42,888 nt of DNA from Basidiobolus meristosporus CBS 931.73. Its lineage: Eukaryota > Fungi > Basidiobolomycota. Below are positions 23,070-33,991 of this stretch, in pieces. The notes beneath the pieces were generated by a model. It saw only the letters and a list, made by a program, of their open reading frames with translations. It had not been told where the DNA came from and ran no database searches. A program made the translations under genes and the position numbers. Within the stretch, counting starts at the first letter, position 1. The number at the start of each line of letters is the position of its first letter. The DNA is taken from assembly GCA_002104905.1 (NCBI GenBank), contig MCFE01000711.1, positions 1 through 42,888 on the forward strand, in the 5' to 3' direction.

Positions 23070-23860
23070 AATATGGGATTCACACAAATATGAGCTAGAG
23101 GGCACCTTTAAGGGGGACTAGAATCCAGCAGGGAGAAGGAATGTATTTGCTAAATACCAAGAAGTTCTTTGCGGATAATCAAAATATATTCATGGCAGGA
23201 GTGGCAACAACCAAGCGTATGTTTACAAGATGTATATGTTACCAGCAGTGCAAGGTATATGGTAACTTTGCAAGTAGCACATTAAAAAGCCGTAGAGTTG
23301 AGGTGATAAAGTATTTCAATTGCGGCAGGTGTGCAAATTTGTAGAGGTTAGTAAGCAGGAGGCCATACTTTTCTTTGATTCAAACTATATGTGGAAAACC
23401 CAAAGTAGTTGTGGGTAAACAAATAAATAGAGGTGATTCCACAGTGAGATATGTGAGTTGCACAAGTGGAGGTAGAAAAAGGGAAACCCTGTTTGATAAA
23501 TTTGTATGGTAGCATCTCACAGAACTGGCTGTAGGCTACCATACTGCCGTTATAATGTCATTAGAGGTTTGCAATGAGGCTGTCAAGACACCATCAAGTT
23601 TTTTGCTATATAAGATAACTGCACGTAATGGCCATTTAGATCCACTCATATAGTTGCAGAGTGCATTGATACTGCAAGAATGCCATGCAACTCTTGGCAA
23701 AACACCACCTAAACACCATCATGTTTTTTACCTTCATTTGCGGTAAAGTTAGCCAAATGCTGCAGTTATCCCATCATAAGATTATGTAGAGGGTCATTAA
23801 TTCCAAGCTGTTGGTATCATTGTGGTCTCCTGATGGGATCCTGACAGCTGATATGGATCC
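23070..23860 (+). mobile_element. CACTA/CMC-like copy E: transposase C-terminal and 3' region, ending short of the terminus
   Basis: 23075-23175 is an inverted copy of 23870-23990 (GTRIQQGEG.Y.LNTKKFFA); the remainder matches copy B. Confidence 0.65.
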
Positions 23861-25551
23861 AACTAATGAATACTTCCTGAATTTCTGCAAAGAACTTTTT
23901 GGTATTTAGCCAGTATATTCCTTCTCCCTGCTGGATTCTAGTCCCCCTGGTTGGTGCATTCTAGCTCTTGTTTGTGTGAATTCCATATTGAATGGTAAAG
24001 AAATTGGCTTGTGACCAAGAGAAATCCAGCATACCTTGGTAGAGTTTTCCTAGTAAAAATAGTTGCTTGCTGCACCCAACCCAACTTGGCATTACTTAAC
24101 TGATTACCTACACATTGGGGCTGCTTAGCTTTTTAATTCCATAGGCACAGGTGTCTCCATGTGCACATCTGTCCTCAGTATTTTCCAACTTTTTCTGGCT
24201 GTCTGTCATGTGCCAACTCATCACATCCATGACAGACTTGAGGTAGTATTTGTGATGAGGTTGGGATGTGGGAGTACCTGCAACTTGACTTGTTTTCCTA
24301 TCTCCCCACACATCTGCTCCATAGGAAACTGCCAAAAGGTGAAGCAAGGCCCAATATTCTCAGCACACCAAGCAAGATGGAGTAGCAAATGGATACAGTA
24401 GTAGCAGAGATCTACACAATCATCTTTATTTTGTATTATAGCCACTCAAATCCTGTTGCAAACTCCTTGCACAAAAGCTGTAGATGTGTCAAGTTGACAT
24501 TGGTGATCTGCTTCTGGATAAATTTTCTACAAGATCCAAATATGACTCCCAATGCTTTTGATGTACTCTTGGCAGAAATTGCTTCAGAAGGCTGCTTGAA
24601 TAAATACATATCCAGTTCATCCAGTCCTTGCACTTGTATTGTTGCATGAGTACAAATGTTGATTGAGACCTGTGAGAAGTACTTAGAATAGTGGATACTA
24701 TGAATTATCTTACCAATTCTATCAAATTTCTCTGGTATCTCAAAGGGCTCATATAGCTTGAAATGCCCCTGGTACAGCTTGGTCATCAGTAAAGTAATAT
24801 TGTTAAAAAGCAAATGCATTGCTCCCAGTACAAAGCTTTTGCACCAGCAGATACCCTTTATCCTAACCATCTCTTGTTTGCAATTAATTCCATATTCCAG
24901 CCAGTGGCTTATAGCTTGCCAACTTTGCTGCAATTGCATGCTGACTTCTGTAAAATCTTTTTGCAGGAAGATGATATTCTTAGTGTTTATGTTTGGGTAA
25001 TGATAATGTGTGTGAGTTATGGAGTAAGTCCCCTGGATCTCACACAATTCATAGCAATACAATCCATGTGCCCAGAAAAGCTGGCTATCTTGCTGATGGC
25101 TGGGGTATCTCCAATGCAGATAATAATATTTGCTTTCACATGATGGCCATTTACCGTTATCCCGCTGGAAAGCATACAAAATTCATCCAGCAATGAATAC
25201 AGGTAGCTATCCAGATTGGATGGTAATATAGGCCCAGATATGTATGAGACTACCATAAGATCTTGGCTCTAATACTGTAAGACAGGTGGCAGATTCAAGT
25301 TGATGCAAATCAATGGCCAGCAGGATTTGTGGGTAGAGTACTTGATTAATGAGAGTCCATCAAGTGCCAAGGCCAAGGCATAGTCATACATACCTTCCAA
25401 ATAGCCCTTGCTTCTTAGCTGTTTGTTATGCTTGCTATCCAATATATTTAATATGTTTGTGCTTGGTTGATTCTGAGTGCAGTACTTGATAGCTTCACAA
25501 TATTTGTTGGACTGCACAAGCTTATTTATACAGGGCATTACCAGAATATAT

Positions 25552-25576
25552 CCAGAAGTACCTCTACACCACCTCA
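25552..25576 (+). repeat. 25-bp remnant of the 3' end of the 10073-type LTR
   Basis: CCAGAAGTACCTCTACACCACCTCA vs CCAGGAGTACCTCTACACCACCACA at 10852-10876. Confidence 0.6.
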
Positions 25577-25772
25577 GTAGTACTTTATAGCTTCACAATA
25601 TTTGTCCAACTGCATGAGCATTGTTAGATGTGGTATTACTTAAACATCTCCAAAGAGTGAACAATGATTCCTCCTATGGTGGTAGATACAGGGCAAGTTG
25701 ATCACCTTGCAATGGTAGTATTTTCTGATATGAATGCCATGCAACTGTTAGCATATGCTGATATTGGCATGG

Positions 25773-26844
25773 CGTAGTGGGGTCAGGGTGACACCCACTA
25801 ACAGATGAGCTCATTCTCATGTTTTCTACTTCCCTATTTTTCTATTACCCTTATTTTATTTTTATCCCATTTATCTTATCTGATCAGTACTATCCCATAA
25901 GCCAGCTAATTATGACACCTGCTTACTTTATTGCAAAGGCAATACCTCTCTTTATGTAAGATCACTAGTTGTAAGTGCTTCTATATCAGGCAAGCACCTG
26001 CGCCAGTTTACACGTCTCATTATTAAGCCATGTCACCACTCCTACCATTAAACACTCCATATAAGGTATCCCTATGTTACACAGGTATTAGAATACTAAT
26101 CCTGGATGAATTGGATGTATAGAGCTACTTAGAACCTTCTGGCATCTACTTAGAACACTGTTGGCTCATTTGGATGTCATTAAGATTTCTAGTGATCTTT
26201 AGAATCTTCTGGAACACCATGATTAGTAAGCACTTAGCTAGTGAGAAAAGTATAAAAGGGAGGGAATCCCTCAAAGATAAATCATAGACCCTTTTATCAA
26301 TATACTAACAGGTGGACTAGCATGATTACTGATATCTGCTGCTACCAGAACATCCAATCCTACACCATAGGACACTCCCAGGAAGCTGTGCTGAAAGCCA
26401 ACTGACCTTGGACACACTACTTGGGAGGAATACTCACAGTAGGTATCTTTTATTCTATTTGGTTCTTTCTCAACCATGTCCTTGTATAGGCAAAGATACT
26501 GTTTTGTCATAGTAGCTGTTGACCACAGCTGCATTCTTGTCAAGTCTCAGCTGGTGGAGTATACAGTGGTATTGACTTTGGAGGCTTCAGTACATTGTCA
26601 TCCCATGGAATGCTGAGCTCAGCACATACTTTTGTCAAGATGCCAACTAATTTGGGAATTATAGCTCAATAGTTCTCCCTCAACAAACTTGTGGCTTTGT
26701 TCCCCTTCACTTTAGAGTAGAGACAAGACTCATGTATTCCTAGCAAGCTTTTGCCAGGGGTTATTGCACCCAGTGAGCACCCTACCCTCAAAATAGTTGA
26801 GAAGTGCTGAACACATCTCTTTATTGAGCTCATACATCACCACA
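25773..26844 (+). mobile_element. Solo LTR, 1072 bp, same family as 8767-9837
   Basis: (C/T)GTAGTGG...CACCACA; perfect 4-bp TSD ATGG (25769-25772, 26845-26848). Confidence 0.9.
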
Positions 26845-28358
26845 ATGGTCTCTGGGCCATTTGTTGCTAGCTGCATGATGCTTAACCTTTTGTACAATGT
26901 GCAGGGTGAGTTGAATCCTGGAATGATTTTGGCAAGAAGTTGTGGTAAATCCCAAAAGTCCCCATTATTAATATAAGTGAAAGCAGTCCACTTCTCTAGC
27001 CACAACATCACATGATTCACCAGTAGATGGAATAATGGGCTTACTTGGCTCTATAAAATATCCTTGGCAATTTTTATCACCGCTATTATCTCATTGCATA
27101 TTGGGACTTTTCTGGGCTTATACAGGGTACTGTTGTTGTGGGAGATAGGCTCACAATCTATCAATGAGCCATCACTCAGTGTGCCATATTCCAAAGGCTG
27201 AGATGAGCCTAAAGGTGTCACAAGCACCACTGGCTCCGTTTTCACAGGGTGACAAGTATGGCTAGGTGCCATTATAGAAGTATCAAGCATCTGGCAAGAT
27301 ATTGTTGATACAGTAGTGAATGATGAATCTATAGATATGTCTTATGTGGCAAACACTGGCTGTGATCTGTGTACCACTTCCAATGCTGCCAGCATGCTTC
27401 ATTGCTGAGAGGCTTGTTACAATAGCCACATAGTATATTTTCTCTTTGCTTATGGTATTGAATTAAAATAGTCTTCTCAATGGAGCAAACAGCTTAATAC
27501 ACAGCAATGTAACACTATCATCATACTGCTTAGCACTATTCATCTGATTTTAGGATAGTCCTGTATTTGAGACATTGCACCTACATGAGTGTAAGATTCA
27601 ATGATGACCAGCCATAGTGAGCATTATAGATAAAGTTGTAGCACCACATACATATGTATATGTAAACTATTTCCCCTTTGGTTTGACACATTTCCTCATA
27701 TATACATAATCAAATATCATTGAAGATCTGTGAAGCCATCAAGTGCAATATTGAAAAGCTGGCTATAACTCAAGAGGCCATAAGATGTCTAGCATGCCAT
27801 CACCTTGGGTGCTGACATAACATGGGACCATAAGTAACTCAAGGCCAAGTAGAATGTGCTGGATCTGTTGCATAAGCATTATTGTGAATCCAAATAAGCA
27901 AATTGTCTGTGGACCAGTCTTGGTATGCTAAGAAGTATCTCAAGAATAGTAGAAACTATCAAAGGCAAAAGTGCAAGGTTGCCATGGCTAAAAGCAAGCA
28001 CCCTCCTCATCACCCATCACAAGCAGGACCAAAAGCTCTAAATAAGTATCAAAGGAGCATCAAGCATCTGGAAGCGTGCAAATATATGATAAGCAGGTAG
28101 ACATGGCAGCACCAGTGCAACATTTATCACAGAAAAAGCATTGTGCCATTCTAGAAGCACTCAGTCAAAGTGGTAGCAAAGCACCTGGCGGTGATAAAAG
28201 CTGGCAGCTTCCTCAGGAGCCTGGCATAATCAGAGCTGAAAGCTCAAAACAAGTGGCAAAGAAGCACCAGCTTGCTAGAAAAGTGCTGGTAAGGGGTAAC
28301 TAGGCAGAAATGGATGCACTAGTGCAGCATTTACAAAAAAAATTGCTCAAAGCAAGAG

Positions 28359-30949
28359 CCCTATGAAAAATCATTGTTTTGATCCCATCAGAAGGCCTTC
28401 ACATATTCTAAGTGCCGTGACTAAGAAGTATTGATCTCATCAAGACTCTGTGCAAAGACTGTTGTATAATAATTGCACCCAAGATATCACAAAAAACTTT
28501 GTCAAGATTTTTTATCATAACAATACAAAAGTGGCTTTTGATTTGTTCTCTGCTAATTTTCTCACTCTCTGATCCCAGACACTCTTTCACCTCCTATTTG
28601 TGTGTGCATTGCCTCTTTTTTACACTCCTGGCCCAACCCCACACTCAACAGTTAAACTCATTAAAATCCAGCACTCAATAAGTATTTCTGCTGTAACACT
28701 CCTGTTCCATGACTTTGGCAGGAACCTTACAGCTTTATGCCAGTGTTCATTCACTGATTCCCATACATCCTGGTCATCAGCCAGCACTGCAAGGTCTAGC
28801 TTCTCATCAGTCAGTATTTCCAATAAGTCCTTGCAATACTCAAGTGTGTTTTCTTGAGCGCTACTCTGGAAGAAGTACTGCAACCTCCTGATATGCCTAT
28901 TGATGTTCCAAAATTCCACAAAGCATTGTGATAACCTTTTAAGTTCTTAAAATTGTTACTTTGTGTGGCAGCGGGATCTCCCCTCTGTCAACAATAGAGG
29001 ATGTGGAGGCTGCGGTAGACAAATTGCCTTTTGCAGCAAACTCACCTACCTGACTGGAGTGTAGCTCCACTGGCTGTGCTTCCAACACTTGTGAAAACAG
29101 CTGTTTCCTTGTTGGTATTTCTTCCTGGCTATGATGGGATTCAGTCAGTACCTGGCTTATGGCTTTAATTGGCAAGAGCTGCAGCTTTTCTCTCATGATT
29201 CCCTCTTTCTGGCTTGGTTAAACCTCTTCCCCTTTACCTTTTCCTTTATCACTGCTACTTTGTCTGAGAACTTCATGCTGCACTAATGCACTGATTTTGG
29301 CCTGCTTGTCCCTTGCTGCTACTCTGCAGGCAACCTGATGCTTCTTTCCCAATTATTTTGAGCTCTCAGTCCATGCTGTGATAGGCTCCCAAGATAGATA
29401 CTTGTTTATATCACTGCCAGGTACTTCACTTCCACTATGAATGAGTGCTTCTTGAGTGGAACTACACTTTTTTCTGGGTAAATGTTATGCTGATGCATCT
29501 GAGCCTGCCTGCTTCTCCCTTATTGGCAGTCTCTAGCTACCTGATGCCTCTTTGAAGCCTGCTTAGAGCTTTTGGCCCAGTTTGTAATGGCTCTTGAGGA
29601 GGCTGCTGGTTTTTAGCCATTGTGCCATTGTTCTTCTGCATATGATGGTTTCAGCTACTCTTGTAATACTTTCTTAGTATACCAGTGCTGGCCCAAAAAC
29701 CATTTGCTTGTCAGAATACAGGACAATGCTCCTGGAACAAGTCTAGTGCGTTCTACTTGGCCTTAGGTTGCTGATAGTCCCATGGTATGCCAGCCTTAAG
29801 GTGTTAGTGTGCTAGACTACTAAAAGCCTCTTGAATATTAGTTCACTCTTCATATTTGCACTCAATGGCTTCATGGATCTTCAATCGACTTGTTTTTTTG
29901 GATAGTGCCACATTGAGCCATGAGTGCCAAATGATGCCATAGTATGCCAGAGAGGCCAAGTGAAACTATACTTGGCCACAGAGTGTGAAACATAGCTCTG
30001 CATCTTCATGCAAAGCAGCCCCTGTGTTTCACCTATAATGCAGGAGAATATCCATTTTTTGGCTTTTTTTTGTAGATCAATGTTGTGCTGGATGTATAGA
30101 AGCACAGAAGAGCTGAAGACTTGCATCAGGTACTCAATACCCATGGCACTCTGAATGTAGCTCCTGTGGCTTGTCACATGTCACCAAGATGTGTGGCACT
30201 ATCTTGGTACACTGGTACTCTCTGGTACTATATTTAATTATTAGCCCTAAAGTAAGATCTATACAAAGCACTTATAGTGCCAGACAGCACCAATGGACCA
30301 AGATAGTGCCATGAAATTTTGTGACATGTACAAGCCACAGGAGCTAGACTCAGAGTGCCATGGATATTGAGTACCAGATGTATGTCTTCAATCCTTTTGT
30401 GCTCTTACACATCCTGCACAACATTGACCTAAAAAAAAAGGTCAAAAAATAGATTTTCTCCAACACAATGGGTGAAACACAGGGGCGGCTTTGCATGAAG
30501 GTGCAGAGCTATATTTCACACTCTGTGGGCAAGTGTAGGTTCACTTAGCCTCCCTGGCACACTCTGGCATCATTTGGCACTCATGGCTCAATGTGGCACT
30601 ATCCAACAAAGCAAGTCTAATGTCTTTTGACTTTAGGCTGTAGTATAAACATTACGGTTCTCCCTCCCATGCTAGGATAGGTTATTCTGTGGGATTTATC
30701 TTGTGGCAATGTTGTTGTGCTTCAAAGACTGTATGATGTTCCTCTGCTGTTACATTGGGAAATGGCTCAATTCTTGGCTGTGACATTGAACTACTTGAGT
30801 TCCTTCTTTGCATCAAAGATACTACTTTCTCAACCTGGGATATTGACTGCTCTACTCCTTTGATCCACGTATCCTATTTATAGACTGTTTCCTGATTTAT
30901 ATGAGTCATTGCATTTATCATATTAGCCACTGCAACTAACTTGCCTTAT
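28359..30949. mobile_element. CACTA/CMC-like copy G: ORF2-side terminus and ORF2 (minus), interrupted by the foldback element and cut by the old gypsy
   Basis: CCCTATGAAAAAT at 28359-28371; GATCCCATCA at 28381; ORF2 pieces 28620-28919 and 28939-29196. Confidence 0.85.
29886..30618. mobile_element. 733-bp non-autonomous foldback/MITE-like element of the Harbinger-like group
   Basis: ~345-bp inverted arms (29886-~30231 and ~30273-30618) around a ~40-bp AT-rich spacer; TSD AAT (29883-29885, 30619-30621); terminus matches 15011. Confidence 0.92.
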
Positions 30950-32405
30950 TGTTATGATCTGCCGCTTGAATGTTTAAGTTAGATCCATTTTTAGTCATAT
31001 CAATTAGTAATATTTTTAGGTTATGAGTATGTTGGTATTATCTATCAAATTAGTAGCAGTAGTCAGTGAATGAATTGACAGATCCTTATCAGACAGAAAT
31101 AGATAAATTAGGTAGGATCTCATTAGGTGATGATGATGCAATCAAATGAGTCATCAGCCACAGCCTACATTAGGAAATACAATTAGTCAGCAATTGATCT
31201 GGCTAAATGTATTTAAGAAGCTGCTGGAATCTCAATAAAGAACATTTTAAGTTTTAATGAATACAATACCAGCTAAACTCCCTATTCCTCTACAACTCTT
31301 ATACCAAGACTTATAACATTGGTAGCAGCAATAACCAGAAGCATCCCTCCTGAAGAAAGAAGAAGCCTCCCTCATGATGTCCAAAAATCAAGAATGGAAG
31401 AATGCTATGCAACAAATCCTGGCCCAGCAGCAACAGTTACTCCAGATCCTTAGCTAACAGCAACAAGGAATGACTACCATGGCCCAAAGCCAGCAAAACC
31501 CTGTCAAGAGCAACTTTAGTGTAAAGGTCAACCGGTAACATGGTAGAGTCAATAAAAACCTGGGAACCTGGCTCTTCCAGATTGAAGAAGCTTTCAAGGC
31601 TAATGAAATTGCTCCAGAAAGCAAGTTACATTATGCAGCCTCTTACCTAGCAGATGCAGCTTTACAGTGGTACCACAACAAGATCAGGTCAGCCACCATG
31701 ATGGGATACTCTACAATCTCTACCCGGGATGAGTTTGTGTTGGAAATTCAGGATGCCTTTGAGCCCCCACACCAATAGACACTACTAAGAAGAAAGTTGA
31801 AGACGCTCAGACAGAAAGGAATGGTCCATGAGTACATCGGTGAATATAGATGTCTACTTGGACAAATTGAAAGAATGGACCCTCTGGATCAAGTTGAATA
31901 CTTCATTGATGGGTTGAACAAAAGAACTTGTAAGGAAGTGAATTATCACAGACCTCAGACTATTGAAGACGCCATCAAGATTGCCATTGACTATGACTCA
32001 GCTATACATGGAGTTGTGAAGCCCACAATGACTAATCAGAGAGGCTACAATCATTATGAAAGAAGACAATCAGATGCAGTGCCAATGGAAATAGACACTA
32101 TGCAGAAGAGTCATACCTCAGAAGAATGTAAGAAGAAAGAACTTTACTTCAATTGCCACCAGCAGGGACATATTGCAAAGTACTGCCCTCAGAGAAGAAA
32201 TGGACACCAGCCATCAAGAGCCTTTAACCATATTGAGGCTATGGAGCATAGTAACATGGAGGATGAGCTTGAAGAAAACTCAAATCTCACCTTCCATATA
32301 ACAGAAGAATACCTATCCCAGATAACCTCAAACTCAGGAAAGCTATTATACTTGAATGGAGTAATCAATGAAGTACCTGCCAACATGATGATTGACTCAG
32401 GAGCA
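30950..32405 (+). mobile_element. Old Ty3/gypsy copy, 5' part: LTR 30950-31318, PBS 31320-31330, gag from ATG 31377 with premature stops, start of protease
   Basis: Collinear with the reverse complement of 37085-38551; interrupted in the protease motif MIDSGA by the copia element. Confidence 0.95.
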
Positions 32406-32776
32406 TGTTGAAATATTGGACTATTTGGTATCATTCAGCAGCTAAAAATTTACTTAACAATTCTAGGCTAGTCTTAGTCACTGTAGGACTCATTTACTGC
32501 CTTAACTTTGCCACTTTCTCCAGATATATGATCTTATGATTATTCCCCTATAGTCAGGATCAAATTAGCACTATTACCCAAACATTATGTAATAACCCTG
32601 AAACTGTTACAGAATGCTCCTGAATATTGAGAAGCCCTCCCTACTTAGTGTTGCAGCTGTATTACTTCTACAAAGGTATAAATACTGAGCTTCTTTATGA
32701 ATAAACAACAGTTCAACTATTATCACTATTTCTTGATAAGTTCCTTATATCCAAATCACTTTTTAAAATTGCAACA
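32406..32776 (+). repeat. Copia 5' LTR
   Basis: TGTTG...CAACA, internal TATAAA and AATAAA. Confidence 0.97.
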
Positions 32777-32788
32777 GGTTATGAGCCC
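32777..32788 (+). promoter_or_regulatory. Copia primer-binding site (internal/half tRNA-iMet type)
   Basis: GGTTATGAGCCC is complementary to GGGCUCAUAACC, the anticodon arm of initiator tRNA-Met. Confidence 0.85.
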
Positions 32789-32812
32789 CAATTGCCTTAA
32801 TCTATTCTAAAG

Positions 32813-33613
32813 ATGACTTCTACCAGCAAATAAAGCAATACCAACATCTTCCCTGTAAAGGAGAGGTTTGATGGGAAGAACTACAGACTTTGGAGAATCA
32901 AGATGCAGATCCACCTTGAGGAAAGAAAGCTTTGGAACATAGTAACAGGAAAGGAAGTTGAGCCCAAAGGAACAGCAGAAGATGTGGAGAAGTTTCAAGA
33001 GAAGGAGAGAAAGGCCTTCAATGCAATATGCATCAATGTGCAAGACTCCTTCATTGGACAAATCCATGCCTCAAATACTGCCAAAGCAGCATGGGAATCC
33101 TTAGAGAAGATCTTTAGAGCAAAGTCAGTATCAAGCAAGCTTTATTTGAAACAAAAGTTCTTCAACATGAGAAAAAAGCCAGATGATGACATGCTACAAC
33201 TCATTACCAGAATGGAGACACTTGCAGAAGAACTTTACAGTATTAATGCTGGTGTAGATGATGAAGAAAAGATACTCTGTCTGCTTTGCAGCCTACCAGA
33301 CAAGTATGAGCCACTCATACTTTCTTTTGAAAGCAGAGAAGACAACTTGACTTTAGACTATGTCAAAGGAAGACTTCTCCATGAAGAACTCAGACGTAAT
33401 GATCAAGCAGAGAAAATTGAAGATAATGCTTTATTCAGTTCAGAAAGGCATACAGAAAAGAAGGGAAAGCAACAAAACCAAAGAAAACATGGCTGCTGTA
33501 CCTACTGTAAGAAGCCAGGACACTGGGCAAGAGAATGCAAGAAGAAACAAGCAGACAAAAAACAGAAACTAGAGCAGGCAAACCATATAACTACTGATGA
33601 ACAGTTATTTGTC
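32813..33613 (+). pseudogene. gag: Copia gag (premature TAA at 32831), with CCHC knuckle
   Basis: FDGKNYRLWRIKMQIHLEERKLW...LLCSLPDKYEPL...CTYCKKPGHWAREC; residues after 33613 in the track ORF are gypsy LTR read-in. Confidence 0.9.
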
Positions 33614-33981
33614 TGTTACAAGTCTTGGTATAAGAGTTGTAGAGGAATAGGGAGTTTAGCTAGTATTGTATTCACTAAAACTTGAACTGATTTTTATTGA
33701 GGTTCCAGCAGCTCCTTATATACATTTTGCCAGATCAATTGCTGACTAATTGTATTTCCTAATGTAGGTTGTGGCTGATGACTCATTTGATTGCATCATC
33801 ATCACCCAATAAGATCCTACTTAATATATCTATTTCTGTCTGATAAGGATCTGCTGATTCATTTGCTGACTAATGCTACTGATTTCATAGATAATACTGA
33901 TGTACTGATAACCTAAACATATACTAACTGATTTGACTAAAAACTGATCTAACTTAAACATTCAAGCGGCAGATCATAACA

Positions 33982-33990
33982 TTCTCCCCT
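33982..33990 (-). promoter_or_regulatory. Gypsy polypurine tract
   Basis: AGGGGAGAA immediately before the 3' LTR. Confidence 0.85.
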
Positions 33991-33991
33991 A

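Larger units (their letters stand above)
23861..28358. mobile_element. CACTA/CMC-like copy F: longest transposase relic (minus, ~27575 to 23861), divergent promoter, internally deleted ORF2 (plus)
   Basis: ALDGLSL...NLPP; IIICIGDTPAISKIA; LGAMHLLFNNIT; FWQFPMEQMCGEIGKQVK, i.e. the D-D-E regions of CACTA transposases. Confidence 0.85.

Noticed and set aside
33614-33685. C-terminal tail of track ORF 32903-33685 as part of Gag
   Set aside because: It is read-through into the inserted gypsy LTR.
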